A stretch of 64,000 nt of DNA from a virus (lineage: Duplodnaviria > Caudoviricetes), in IMG/VR virus record IMGVR_UViG_3300037400_001617; one strand, written 5' to 3'. The number at the start of each line of letters is the position of its first letter. Position 1 is the first letter of the stretch. Shown here in pieces: positions 28,901 through 38,244 of the stretch. The notes beneath the pieces are model-generated. The model was not told the DNA's origin. It searched no databases and saw nothing but the letters and a program-made list of their open reading frames with translations. Made by a program: the position numbers and the translations under genes.

Positions 28901-29228
28901 AAATAACTCCATGATAGTCATGAGTAGCTATCCATTCTTTTATCTCTGCAGTTTCTGGATATGGCTGTTGTCCATTAAGCTGTCTATAGTAGTTATTCAG
29001 TTCATCATAACTCTCTTCAAGATACTGAGACTCATCAATTAGTCCAGCCTTGTAGCGAATCAGTTCATCTGAGTTTCTACGTGATTCAAGCGTCTCGTAT
29101 TTGAGAGCATCTCTCTCATTTTTGACTACGGAGTTGATAGCCATGTTCTTAGTATCTCTGACAACAAGGTCTATATAGGGGTTATCAGTAAACTTCATGT
29201 CATACTGATACGAGTAATGTCCGCCCAT
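25941..29228 (-). CDS. large baseplate wedge-like virion protein with C-terminal BspA-like segment
   Basis: SD AAAGGAG before ATG 29228; late motif at 29259-29270; YDELNNYYRQLNG, YKST and INFFKSW motifs. Confidence 0.65.
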   Translation of the reverse strand: MGGHYSYQYDMKFTDNPYIDLVVRDTKNMAINSVVKNERDALKYETLESRRNSDELIRYKAGLIDESQYLEESYDELNNYYRQLNGQQPYPETAEIKEWIATHDYHGVISADEYDALMEELNATKYVPLQRYKDEGYITVEANLTVFNNVGIGYYNPDTEEYDADAVNKYQYIHEIQRDYNAEGPDGELARKILDWLDPDLDPADNQAWEIYRDVSEIGESSRRNINILDIMKQDYTGPDFKYLYHLREKAIDPYTARMAPDFSLLYCPKPTLKFGATNTEFPIYYKFLRYFDRNREYTITTMYSDAYAIGSEHYEDVLIIFLLIQTMIDLISEVQEYIINKDIFDSRTIRYLFESYGIEYYKEIPMNYQIKLIKNINEILKYKSTNRNIMDIKNLFGRDDIEIFTYWLIKTKKKDRANFKYYTEDDVGKSFIYPGSSHLVTEDMVGFEKYYENYDLAFLRVPIEDQNADKYIENDSLRRSYDTITREDPFWDGLSRDEIMSETERDNYHQRKTNEILNQDFSCERTKYICVDSAIDSTKYLYQTMYFMNMIFDAMRNSGEILRATDALMVNIDSFISPNQVRLNDLLAMMIALSYLYNGVEADNVASSMEANMTINGFDFSQDWSQVYDRIITLFDTYANYVQPGTGKKIYLDDVLENPEQFFEYIEEGVKLRENAFLCGRYEPTATDPGSKIFQDLKNHKIDDFFEGFYEISYLDGDVIKKKAYFKINEDNVASIRDKAHPTSVHNAVVAGKYDPEDIFPIEDTRRFGHIVDISYYPYEFVRNTEADFMNAYHTDEEDPTAIQTIQTFEKLKEIYYTNVKLREHLVYMMKHAESKKEYDVYKILYESFMETQNDFTFFTVDEEGTPHVAETYYEFLSDRDEHLADILNTARNYSSIDDRRTYINQVCEYVVYALEAYFDSGEWVYLYNLIPSHNQEYVRDWIVKIINFFKSWKTQLIDTSSVFSIDDDSDTTGNRVHILDNLNKNGAHFFFEKSTVYDTPVLKSTFGFSDKVGLSSERVKFSRSFSYYQTTELDFIYSIEDGEVRLIRYISKYNKIRLPEEIQGFPCTMIDATCFMEDVVVECEIPDCYRTIV

Positions 29229-29332
29229 AGCAGTGCACTCCTTTCTATAGTTTGATTTTACTGAGATGTTGGGGGTAGCGAGAATGACGCAAATGAGAGG
29301 GATGCACAAAGCATCCCCCTATTTTGCTTCGG

Positions 29333-29785
29333 TTATATACCAGTTTGTCCGTTGTGTTCCATAACGAAGTTTGTTACTCTGAAGTACACTCTTTTGGCTA
29401 TTATATCAGTGATAGCATCCTCATTGTAGAGGATACATAACTGCTCATATAGAGCTTCTGAAAGTCTTTGTGAGACGAGAGTACAGATATCTTTGTTGAT
29501 CTGAATCTCTTCCTCTTCTTTGATATAGTAATCACTCTTATAAGCAAGATTGAGTATAGTGAACTCCTCAAAACATTGCTCTACAACAAGATCGAGCTTC
29601 TCATCTATCTTGTTATCAATGTCGAGTGTGGTGATATGTTTATATCTTTCAAGTTCCACGTTGTTATCTTTAGCCGTAGCCCATACCTTTATTGCAGTCT
29701 TAGCTAAACTCCTGAGTGACAGGAGGTAGATCATACTAAAAACGATAAGGACTTTGACCAGGAATTGTATCGATATGACTGGCAT
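29333..29785 (-). CDS. hypothetical membrane-anchored protein
   Basis: N-terminal hydrophobic segment; SD GGAG before ATG 29785. Confidence 0.7.
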   Translation of the reverse strand: MPVISIQFLVKVLIVFSMIYLLSLRSLAKTAIKVWATAKDNNVELERYKHITTLDIDNKIDEKLDLVVEQCFEEFTILNLAYKSDYYIKEEEEIQINKDICTLVSQRLSEALYEQLCILYNEDAITDIIAKRVYFRVTNFVMEHNGQTGI

Positions 29786-30461
29786 AAGTTTTCTCACTCC
29801 AATTCTTTACTTCTTCAGCTACTTCGAGAAGTCCATCATCTACTGAGTCTACTTCTTCGTAAGCTGTGCGTATATAGTAAAGCACCTTGGTACAAATATC
29901 TGGAGTGATGCCGTTGTAGTATCTCTTGAAGAGTTCTGTCCACTTTCCAAATACCTGATTAGGGTGCGTATAAAAGTTATCGGCGTTATGATAGAGCTGA
30001 TGCACAGTTTTACTCATCATAACTATTGGTACCATGTTGTTCGCATGAGCAAATCTGAGCTCTGCTACTACATGAGGTACTGTTACGTATCCATAAGTAT
30101 TAAGAAAGTGTTCGGTGATCATAACTGTAATGTCGAAGATCGTTAAGATACAATGGTTCATTTCCAATGTAGCCATGTTCGAATCGATATTGTGCAGTAC
30201 TTGACAATGATCAAGACCCATCTCCATCAAGTATGCTTTGTAGTTCTTATAGAATCTGAGTCCTCTAAAGAGATTGATAGCACTATGTATGAATCTATTA
30301 TAGAGGTCTACATCTATCATGGAATCCTTAGTCTGCATCATAGGAAGTTCATACGGTGAACTTGGAGAACACAGTGTAGGATTACCATTATTAAGATACG
30401 CTGTTACATCTGGGAAGGGCTGTCCATTACCCTTATATGTAAGATCTAATGTTTCATTCAT
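29736..30461 (-). CDS. HNH-like conserved jumbo-phage protein (paralogue of 63304..63996)
   Basis: LEMNH...IVMMSKTVHQLYHN; late motif at 30486-30497. Confidence 0.6.
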   Translation of the reverse strand: MNETLDLTYKGNGQPFPDVTAYLNNGNPTLCSPSSPYELPMMQTKDSMIDVDLYNRFIHSAINLFRGLRFYKNYKAYLMEMGLDHCQVLHNIDSNMATLEMNHCILTIFDITVMITEHFLNTYGYVTVPHVVAELRFAHANNMVPIVMMSKTVHQLYHNADNFYTHPNQVFGKWTELFKRYYNGITPDICTKVLYYIRTAYEEVDSVDDGLLEVAEEVKNWSEKTYASHIDTIPGQSPYRF

Positions 30462-30504
30462 ATTCTATGCCTCCTTAGCACGTATTATAAGATAGTTTAA
30501 AGAC

Positions 30505-30703
30505 AAAAAGAGGGGAGGAGGCCGTTAAGCCTCCTCTGCGAAGGGGGTGAATGGTTCTAGATAAAGCCAAATTAAGCACCACTTGAAGAATGGATGTCGT
30601 TACGCCTACGACAACCGAGGGCTCAATAGGCAATACATGAGTTGAACCGAATGCTAGAATGATTATAGTCACGTTAGCGAGACGATCCGTCAACATCCCG
30701 CTC
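30505..30703 (-). ncRNA. candidate ~200-nt structured late small RNA
   Basis: Late motif AACA ctatag TG at 30703-30714; successive hairpins, two with G-U pairs on this strand; terminator GAGGAGGC/GCCUCCUC plus U-tract; no SD for the overlapping 76-aa ORF. Confidence 0.65.
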
Positions 30704-30731
30704 ACTATAGTGTTATAGGAGTTGTAAAGTA

Positions 30732-31175
30732 TTATTCTGTTTCTTTAACACTTGTTTTCTTTATGTCAATGATAGCAAGCAACTCTTCCGCCGATACAGC
30801 GATATTGCTATTGAGAGGTCTGACATAAATAGAATGGACCCGTCTGAAGTCTTGTAATGCCCTGAATACATCTTTATCAAACTGGTCATGAAGCCCAATA
30901 CTGTACCCTTTGATAAACATAAACAGTCTCACTATACCCCATAGAGTATCTCTAAAGAATGATAGACTTATCTGCTTATCAAGGATTGTTTTCTCAAGCT
31001 GGGGTTCAGATTTGACGTTTAGGTATCGCTTCAGTATTTCCATACAGATGTCGTGTTGCTCTTCGTATGTGTTAAAGTTATGTGATGGTGTGTACTCCAT
31101 ACGTTTCACACAAAAACGAACAAATGATTCTTTGCCGTCTTTATCGATGAAACTATGGTCTTTGTTGATAGACAT
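30732..31175 (-). CDS. hypothetical protein with peptidoglycan-binding-like domain
   Basis: GYSIGLHDQFDKDVFRALQDFRRVHSI resembles PG_binding_1; late motif at 31200-31211; next to the endolysin. Confidence 0.55.
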   Translation of the reverse strand: MSINKDHSFIDKDGKESFVRFCVKRMEYTPSHNFNTYEEQHDICMEILKRYLNVKSEPQLEKTILDKQISLSFFRDTLWGIVRLFMFIKGYSIGLHDQFDKDVFRALQDFRRVHSIYVRPLNSNIAVSAEELLAIIDIKKTSVKETE

Positions 31176-31272
31176 AAACAGTCCCTCCTTTAAAGTGATT
31201 ATAGAATGGTTGCGGGAACTGTAAATGAGCAGTAACAGCAGAGGGAGGCTATTGCCCCCCTCCGCGTATATG

Positions 31273-32415
31273 TCACTTTATGTCGGATTCATTGACCCAA
31301 CCAGTCACATAATTACCGATAGGAGTTTTACCTACATTGCTAGAAGAATTTGTTATTCTGATACGTCCATTGAGTACTTTACCATCATAGATGAAGTAAG
31401 TACCAGTCTTCTTACCAGAAGGGTTCTTAGCTGTAGATGATGTGTAGAGATCTACACTAGAAAGCTCAACTTTCTGTCCTTCACGAATAGTTGTAGTAGG
31501 TGCAGGAGCAGGTGTAGGCTCTTCCTTCTTAGTCTCCTGAACAACAGGAGCTGGAGCAGCCACTGTAGTAGGATTATCGATCCATCCAGTTACATAGTTA
31601 CCGATAGGATTCTTACCTACATTAGCCGCAGAGTTAGTGATACGAATACGTCCATTGACTACTTTATCATCGTATCTGTAGAAAGTACCAGTCTTCTTAC
31701 CAGAAGGGTTCTTAGCAGATGCAGATGAATAGAGAGGAGTATTGTTCAGCTGAAGAACGTTATCGTCTGTTACAACAGGCTGTACAGGCTTCGGCTCTTC
31801 TTCAGGCTGTTCTGTTGCGGGCTGAACACCATTGATCTTAGCTGGGTAGTCTACATAGCAGTAGTCAGCATCTACATCGCCGTAGATACCAGGAATCTTA
31901 GCAGTCCAGCTATACTGCCACATAGTGTGACCAGTGTAAGACGTTCTGTTTACTCCAACTTGAGCTATCCACACATCATACTTGTTCTTGATCTGTGAAG
32001 AGATAGCTTTAGACATGTCGAGGAATGTGTAGAGACCTACATAGTATCCTGCAGCCTTAACCTTATCGAGGAATGCAGGAATAATAGTATTCACGATTCC
32101 TCTCTGCTTTCCTTCCTCTACATCGTAGAAGAGAGGGTAGTCGAATGTCTTACCCTTGACAGCCTGAAGGAAGCAGTCAGCCTCTATGCGAGCCTCTGCA
32201 GCAGACATAGCATATGAATACCAATAAGCACCCACCATAAGTCCAGCAGCTTTAGCACCAGCATAGTACTCTTCGAACTTCTTATCCTTCTGGGAGATGA
32301 GTCTTCCATATCCAGCACGGATAATAACAAAGTCTATACCAGAATTCTTAACTGCGTTCCAGTTTATGTTACCCTGGAAATATGAGACGTCAATGCCTCT
32401 ATATGTTTTGCTCAT
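31273..32415 (-). CDS. GH25 muramidase endolysin with two SH3-like cell-wall-binding repeats
   Basis: GIDVSYFQG, GAYWYSYA, FYDVEE, WQYS and DVDAD motifs; duplicated KNPSGKKTGT...GRIRITN domain; late motif at 32439-32450. Confidence 0.93.
   Translation of the reverse strand: MSKTYRGIDVSYFQGNINWNAVKNSGIDFVIIRAGYGRLISQKDKKFEEYYAGAKAAGLMVGAYWYSYAMSAAEARIEADCFLQAVKGKTFDYPLFYDVEEGKQRGIVNTIIPAFLDKVKAAGYYVGLYTFLDMSKAISSQIKNKYDVWIAQVGVNRTSYTGHTMWQYSWTAKIPGIYGDVDADYCYVDYPAKINGVQPATEQPEEEPKPVQPVVTDDNVLQLNNTPLYSSASAKNPSGKKTGTFYRYDDKVVNGRIRITNSAANVGKNPIGNYVTGWIDNPTTVAAPAPVVQETKKEEPTPAPAPTTTIREGQKVELSSVDLYTSSTAKNPSGKKTGTYFIYDGKVLNGRIRITNSSSNVGKTPIGNYVTGWVNESDIK
31295..31730. repeat. internal duplication encoding two cell-wall-binding repeats
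   Basis: For example AAGTACCAGTCTTCTTACCAGAAGGGTTCTTAGC is identical at about 31398-31431 and 31683-31716. Confidence 0.85.
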
Positions 32416-32486
32416 AGTATAACCTCCTTTATAGGTATTATATGAATGTTTAGGGGCCTAGATAAGTAGACCCCTATACGAATGAA

Positions 32487-35400
32487 TTAGAATGTAGGAT
32501 CAGAACCTACTACAGTCATAGAAGTGATTCGTCCCTTAGCATCGAATTCGCAAACGAATTCTTTACCGTCGTCTGAATCGATAGTCATGTCAGTGTAAAG
32601 GTTTGCATATCCAGTAGCAGAAGGATTGTATATCGGTACCTTGTTATCAGTTCCTCCTCCAATATCTGCATAAACATCTTCCCATCTAAAGGTGAGAACT
32701 CTTGTTGTAGATCTGAGAATACCTTCTTCTACTGTAGAGTAGTAAAGTCCGTCTGCGTAATCATCAGAATACCTAGAATCTGAATTAGCAAATACTGAGC
32801 TGACTTTACTAGCAGTGGATGTGCTATGATGCTGTGTGATTCTGAAGAATCCAGTAGCCATAGGAGACCTTCTACCTTCCATATTTTCTATATATTCCTC
32901 TTTCTCACACGAAGTATTATAGAAGTACTTTCTTCCGAATATCTCCTGGAAACCACTCTTTATGAAGAAACGATGGTTTATTACATCTATCGTTACACGA
33001 GCTGGCTGTCCAGCTATAAACAGCACGGTTGTAGTTATAGACTTGCTGGCAAGTCTTTCAGTAAGACCATTTACAGTATCTAAATCATAGAACACCAGTC
33101 CTGTACCACCAGAGATCTCTTTTCGTGTCTTAACCATAAACACTTCGTATCTTACTGGATCTGGATCTCCGTCGTTATATTTATCACATATGTCTCTGAG
33201 TCCCTTGAATGAGACACCGAGAATTGGGCATATAACAGGAAGGATCGTTTCTACTTCTTTACCAGTCTTATCTGTAGCAGAATCGATGTACCAGTATATC
33301 GGAAGCTCGAGGTCGTTCAGTAACATTGGATCAGACCAGAATGATCTAGCCCACTGATAACGATCATATCCTTCGATAGCCATACCAGTACTTGAACCGT
33401 CAGCATTATAAATCATCGCATATCCAGTATTGGACTGTCTGTTGACTTCTGAGACTTTTCTATTAGACTTAGCGAAGTGTTTCATGCCAACAAGAGGACC
33501 AGCAATATCTACACTTCTATTAGTACTAAGTCCTAACAGGAGATCTTTCCAGTTGATAGTGTCCGCTTCGATTGGTTCTATACCAGTACCAGTGAGAAGA
33601 AGCTTATCACCATTCTCATCCGTGAGAGAAAGTGCAGTTACTTTCTTTAGACCAGCAGTAACCTTAGCCACATTTATTCTGTTAGCTTCGTTTACGGAAT
33701 AGTCTATAGAAGAATCTGTCTTGTCTCTAAGATATGTGTCTATACCGCCGTGAGGATGCTCAGAAGTTACATTAAACTTATACATCGCAGTAGTAGTATA
33801 TTTATTCTCAGCCTGCCAAGTTATAGCAGTATTGGCATCAAAGAAGCTCATCTTGACGTTAATGGACTCGAAGTTTCTGTTGTCATCGTTAACTTCCTTG
33901 ATTCCTTTTCCATTACCTACGTCTTTAGTAAAGAGATCGTACATGAAATCATAAAGACTTCTGTACTTAGTCTTACTACTGTCAGTGTAGATGAACTGTT
34001 CATCTATACCTCTATTATACATAGACATTTTGTGAAGAGCAGTAGTTTCGTCTCTATCGAAAAGCTTCCAGCATTCTATGGTCTTAAACCACTTCTGGAA
34101 GTCGATTCCATATTGTGTGTCAGGACGTGGCGGGAATGTGTTAGCCTTTGGTACTCTAGGATAAGGACAAGTAGGCTGATAGAAAGCAGCACAAGAAGGT
34201 ACTACTTGAGCTGCAGAGTATGGGAATAATCTTACGCCTCTACATTTGATGTCATACTTGTTCCTTCCTTTTGTCTCAGTTCTCCAAGTGCTTGTATCAG
34301 CATTCCATAAGTGAGCAACAAGAGTCTCTTTATAGAATACATCGTTCCTCTGAATATCAGGCGAGCTGGTAGGAGCTTCAGTGAAATGGAATGTTACAGC
34401 ATATTCGTACCATCCATATTGTTTATGAGTGTCATCATTCTGACCGTCATAATAGTACAGAGTCTTATCTATACCAGCATTTTTATAGTTCTGATACATA
34501 CTCTTGGTTACAACAGTAGTAAACTCTCTATCCTCGAACAGCTGATAGGAATCGATATGCATCTCTTCGACATCGAGATTGTTTACAACGTGGATAGGAC
34601 GTCCTATTGCAGATGCATCTCCATTTATAGCATAGGTAGCTCGAGTATACTTCAGTATCGCAAAGATGGTAGAGTTCTCATAGAGAATTTCCTTGGTATC
34701 AAAGTTTACCATGTGAGGATATCTTATCACTATCTTGTATACTGCATAGTAGTCTCTACCCTCATCATTTGAATTGACGAAGTATGGTAAAGAATCAAAA
34801 CCAGATACTTCATACTCGAATGTATAATCTGGTGTAGTGATCGAATCTGTTCCTATGGTGAACTTCGCATTGTTCTGGGAGTACTTGAGCTTGATATTAG
34901 AAGTGAAAGTAGTACCATGACTACTATCGTCGAGTTTGTATACGATATCCTCCAGATCCTTTGAAAGGTGCAACGATCTAAAGTTGAATATAACTTTCTT
35001 GCAGTTCTCTTCTGAGATACCAGTAGCAGTTTTGATCTCCTCTATAATCTCGTCAGACATCTTATAAGTTACAAGACAATGACGATCAGCTGTTATAGGG
35101 GTTACATCTGTTTTGTCGAATGGATCGGCATACATAGAAAGCTCTGGGTATTGATCGGAATTAGAACCAAAGAATCCATATCCAGATCCAGCAAGTACAA
35201 GATGTCCATTAGATGGATTGGTAAGAATATCGAAACCGTAGTTCTTAGTTCCGTTAGCCTTGATACTCCACCAATGAGTTATGATATATGGTGCATAATC
35301 AGACTCTTCTATATTGATTTCAGACTTAGCACCATTGATCGTGATATCGGTAGGACGTGGAAATGATAACGAGATATAGTTATCTATATCTCTTACAGGT

Positions 35401-36878
35401 ACATACTTGATACTTTGCATATCGTATTTGACATCAATACCTTCATCTGCACATCCTATAGCCAGATAGTACTTAGGAAGTTCATTGAGTGACTCTATGT
35501 GCTCAAAGAATCCTCCAGGATATGGAGTAAGATGAAGAGGATTAGAGCCATGATCTCTATCCATGATACTCTGATATGAAGATGCAGGATCACTTGAGTA
35601 GGGGATAGCATATCTTGTTCTGAACTGCTCGGAGAGGTTTCCTATGGTTTGTACTATTGCTTGAGTAGCCAATACGTTACAAAAAGCTCCTTCATACTTA
35701 TCGTATATACTTCCTTCTTCTCCGCTGTCTCCATTAGGAGTCATAAACGCACATACAGCTACATTAGACTGAAGTCTGTTAAGGTCATCGATCTCAACGT
35801 TTGCCACTGGAGCCATAGCAAAACCTTGATCGCCGCTCTTAGGAGCATAAGAATAGAACTGGTATAATACCAAGTCCTCATTGTTTCTGACAAGAGAATA
35901 GTTCATACAGTTATTCTGCTGAAGAGAAACGGCTCTGGATAAGAGATTATATGAAGTACCTGTTTCGCCATTAACGATTTCTTCTATCTCTCTATCGAGA
36001 TCCACTGAATACATTTTGAGTGTACCAGGCGCATTAGTATCTACAGGAGAAAGAAAAACAAAAGAGCTACTCTCTGTTTCTGTCATTGAAGCAGCATACA
36101 GAGTTGGCTGTGGGTCGATATTGTCTGATTTGTAGAGTTTGCTCGGATCGATATCGAGAAAATACATATGTGCTTCGTCAGCTTCCATATCTTGTATCGT
36201 ATACGCTTTATCAGTTTTCTTCTGAGTAAGGAAAAGACCAGATGCCTTTCCTTTCTTAGTCTTCAGTTTAGTTACAGTAGTCTGCATCACACTCTTGATA
36301 GTGTGATCTTCTCTAGCTGTCGATCCCGTTTTGTCATAGTAAGAATCTGGATACTGCTTCTTGTTAGTATCAGAAGCTCCTTCGCTGTCAGTATAACGAT
36401 AGAACGATATAGGATCGATAGACTTCATATCGATAATCGGATCAGCATCACTTACAAGAACGCCACTATCGTCTTCGATTATCTTTCTACGAAACTCTTT
36501 GAATGATCCTCCACCTATCTCATTAGTAGGAGCTATGAAGATCTTGTTAGCATCAAGATCTATAAGAGCCATTACATACTCTCCTACATCTGGGAGAGAA
36601 TCTAACGGGTCACCATCGAAATTGAAACATTGGTCTGCCGTAAACTGAGCAACTACATCGTTATTCTGGTTCTTGACATCGAATACCTTATGCCAAGAGC
36701 TATACGGATAGTTAGGAAGAGTAGCAGTTGCTAAGTATTCTTTAAGGATTATACCTTTCACTTTAACAGGATAGGATGTATCCATAGTGAGGTGATTGAC
36801 AGCTGGACCTGACGACCCAGAGTCTTGTGTAAGCGTATGGATAAGGTCCATACGTCTAGTGAGAAGTTCTGTACTCAT
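32487..36878 (-). CDS. large tail fibre/virion structural protein
   Basis: 1463 aa, beta-rich, late motif at 36905-36916, SD AAAGGAGG. Confidence 0.6.
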   Translation of the reverse strand: MSTELLTRRMDLIHTLTQDSGSSGPAVNHLTMDTSYPVKVKGIILKEYLATATLPNYPYSSWHKVFDVKNQNNDVVAQFTADQCFNFDGDPLDSLPDVGEYVMALIDLDANKIFIAPTNEIGGGSFKEFRRKIIEDDSGVLVSDADPIIDMKSIDPISFYRYTDSEGASDTNKKQYPDSYYDKTGSTAREDHTIKSVMQTTVTKLKTKKGKASGLFLTQKKTDKAYTIQDMEADEAHMYFLDIDPSKLYKSDNIDPQPTLYAASMTETESSSFVFLSPVDTNAPGTLKMYSVDLDREIEEIVNGETGTSYNLLSRAVSLQQNNCMNYSLVRNNEDLVLYQFYSYAPKSGDQGFAMAPVANVEIDDLNRLQSNVAVCAFMTPNGDSGEEGSIYDKYEGAFCNVLATQAIVQTIGNLSEQFRTRYAIPYSSDPASSYQSIMDRDHGSNPLHLTPYPGGFFEHIESLNELPKYYLAIGCADEGIDVKYDMQSIKYVPVRDIDNYISLSFPRPTDITINGAKSEINIEESDYAPYIITHWWSIKANGTKNYGFDILTNPSNGHLVLAGSGYGFFGSNSDQYPELSMYADPFDKTDVTPITADRHCLVTYKMSDEIIEEIKTATGISEENCKKVIFNFRSLHLSKDLEDIVYKLDDSSHGTTFTSNIKLKYSQNNAKFTIGTDSITTPDYTFEYEVSGFDSLPYFVNSNDEGRDYYAVYKIVIRYPHMVNFDTKEILYENSTIFAILKYTRATYAINGDASAIGRPIHVVNNLDVEEMHIDSYQLFEDREFTTVVTKSMYQNYKNAGIDKTLYYYDGQNDDTHKQYGWYEYAVTFHFTEAPTSSPDIQRNDVFYKETLVAHLWNADTSTWRTETKGRNKYDIKCRGVRLFPYSAAQVVPSCAAFYQPTCPYPRVPKANTFPPRPDTQYGIDFQKWFKTIECWKLFDRDETTALHKMSMYNRGIDEQFIYTDSSKTKYRSLYDFMYDLFTKDVGNGKGIKEVNDDNRNFESINVKMSFFDANTAITWQAENKYTTTAMYKFNVTSEHPHGGIDTYLRDKTDSSIDYSVNEANRINVAKVTAGLKKVTALSLTDENGDKLLLTGTGIEPIEADTINWKDLLLGLSTNRSVDIAGPLVGMKHFAKSNRKVSEVNRQSNTGYAMIYNADGSSTGMAIEGYDRYQWARSFWSDPMLLNDLELPIYWYIDSATDKTGKEVETILPVICPILGVSFKGLRDICDKYNDGDPDPVRYEVFMVKTRKEISGGTGLVFYDLDTVNGLTERLASKSITTTVLFIAGQPARVTIDVINHRFFIKSGFQEIFGRKYFYNTSCEKEEYIENMEGRRSPMATGFFRITQHHSTSTASKVSSVFANSDSRYSDDYADGLYYSTVEEGILRSTTRVLTFRWEDVYADIGGGTDNKVPIYNPSATGYANLYTDMTIDSDDGKEFVCEFDAKGRITSMTVVGSDPTF

Positions 36879-36949
36879 TACATTTCCTCCTTTGTGTTGA
36901 TTGTTACTTAGATGTTTCGGAACAAGAAAAAATAAGGGGTAGGGAGAGC

Positions 36950-37756
36950 TTAACGCCCTCCCCTCCTTCTTGTTTCGAGATACAGTTCGGATATTACTGT
37001 ATTCAGACTCATCAGCAGGTTGTAATTGTATTCGATGTTCAACGCTCCCATGTATGATGGGTCTGGAGCTCTATCTATAGTAAACTCACTCACGAATCCA
37101 GGTATGATACGGAAGTGAGATTGACTGTTAAACTCCCTATACCATTCTACAGGGAGTAATCTATTGATATAACTCTTTGATATGCTGCTTAGATACTTGA
37201 TAGCGGAATCGATATCGTTATTCAGCAGGTAACCAAAGAGATTGCATAGGAAAGTAACCCAAGTATCATAGTGAATCGGTAAAGCTTCATCTTTAACTCC
37301 CTTCACGTCTAAGATAGATTCTTCATTATCTACTCCGAAGAAGAACTCTAACTTAGGACACTCTGTCTTGAGGAATATGTCATAGCGATTCTTCAAGACA
37401 AACTCTATAGGCGAAAATGAAGTCTGATGTAGTGGACGAGTGATAAAGAGTGCATCTTTCTTTATCGAAATGATCTCGTCTAATTCTATAGAGTTGGATT
37501 CTATAAGAAGTTTTCTCGCTTCTTCAAACCCAGTCTCAAGAACTTGCTTGAGCTTTGGGTTTTCTCTTTGCATGAGACCTATCTTGATCTGACGTTCCTT
37601 CTTGTCCATCACAAGGAATTCATTATAGGTCTCTTTCGTGATCGCACCATACTTTAGCAGTATGCTTATATTAGCTTTTCGTATGTCATATTCATAGATA
37701 CTACTCTGTACGTATCGTAACGGAGTAGTGTAGTTTGTTTTCTTCCATATGCTCAT
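36950..37756 (-). CDS. divergent family-B DNA polymerase subunit (jumbo-phage split PolB type)
   Basis: IYEYDIRKANISIL (motif A-like) and IISIKKDALF (motif C-like); only 268 aa, no exonuclease domain. Confidence 0.7.
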   Translation of the reverse strand: MSIWKKTNYTTPLRYVQSSIYEYDIRKANISILLKYGAITKETYNEFLVMDKKERQIKIGLMQRENPKLKQVLETGFEEARKLLIESNSIELDEIISIKKDALFITRPLHQTSFSPIEFVLKNRYDIFLKTECPKLEFFFGVDNEESILDVKGVKDEALPIHYDTWVTFLCNLFGYLLNNDIDSAIKYLSSISKSYINRLLPVEWYREFNSQSHFRIIPGFVSEFTIDRAPDPSYMGALNIEYNYNLLMSLNTVISELYLETRRRGGR

Positions 37757-37767
37757 ACGTAGCCTCC

Positions 37768-38244
37768 TTAATCTGGAGGATCATTAGGAAGATCCTCCAG
37801 AGGGAAATTGATTCGAACCCAATCAAGATCCAACTCAATCTGTTCCAAACCTCTATCCGAGAAGGTAGCTTCTTTGATTGTCTCCAGATCTTGGGGTTCT
37901 TTTACAATATTGCAGACACATCCGTACAGCATAAGAATGTACCCTGCCATTGTTTCCGCAAGGTATTCGGCATACGGTATACTGAAGTCTACAAGTATAA
38001 CTACATCATTACCGTAATGGACATTACGCATGATGTCTACTATTATCTTATGAACTTCAGGCTTCCCAGTCCATAGTTCATAACAGAATCTATTGAACTC
38101 GGAATCATCGTTATACATCATAAGGTTACTTGTATAATTGAACGGATCCAAGCTAGATATCTTGGGATAGTTCTCATTATACGAGCATAACGAGAGTACC
38201 ATAGTATCCTCATGACCAAACGGGAATTGCGAGAATGCTATCAT
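37768..38244 (-). CDS. hypothetical protein (weak DUF488-like pattern)
   Basis: SD GGGGAGGT before ATG 38244; SLDP...EFNRFCY...GNDVVILVD. Confidence 0.7.
   Translation of the reverse strand: MIAFSQFPFGHEDTMVLSLCSYNENYPKISSLDPFNYTSNLMMYNDDSEFNRFCYELWTGKPEVHKIIVDIMRNVHYGNDVVILVDFSIPYAEYLAETMAGYILMLYGCVCNIVKEPQDLETIKEATFSDRGLEQIELDLDWVRINFPLEDLPNDPPD

Noticed and set aside
30475-30705. 76-aa minus-strand ORF in the ORF track
   Set aside because: No SD, its start overlaps the promoter motif and it runs through a terminator; the region is better explained as structured RNA.
31295-31730. DGR template/variable repeat pair
   Set aside because: Both copies are in frame within the endolysin, differences are not adenine-specific, and there is no reverse transcriptase in the window.
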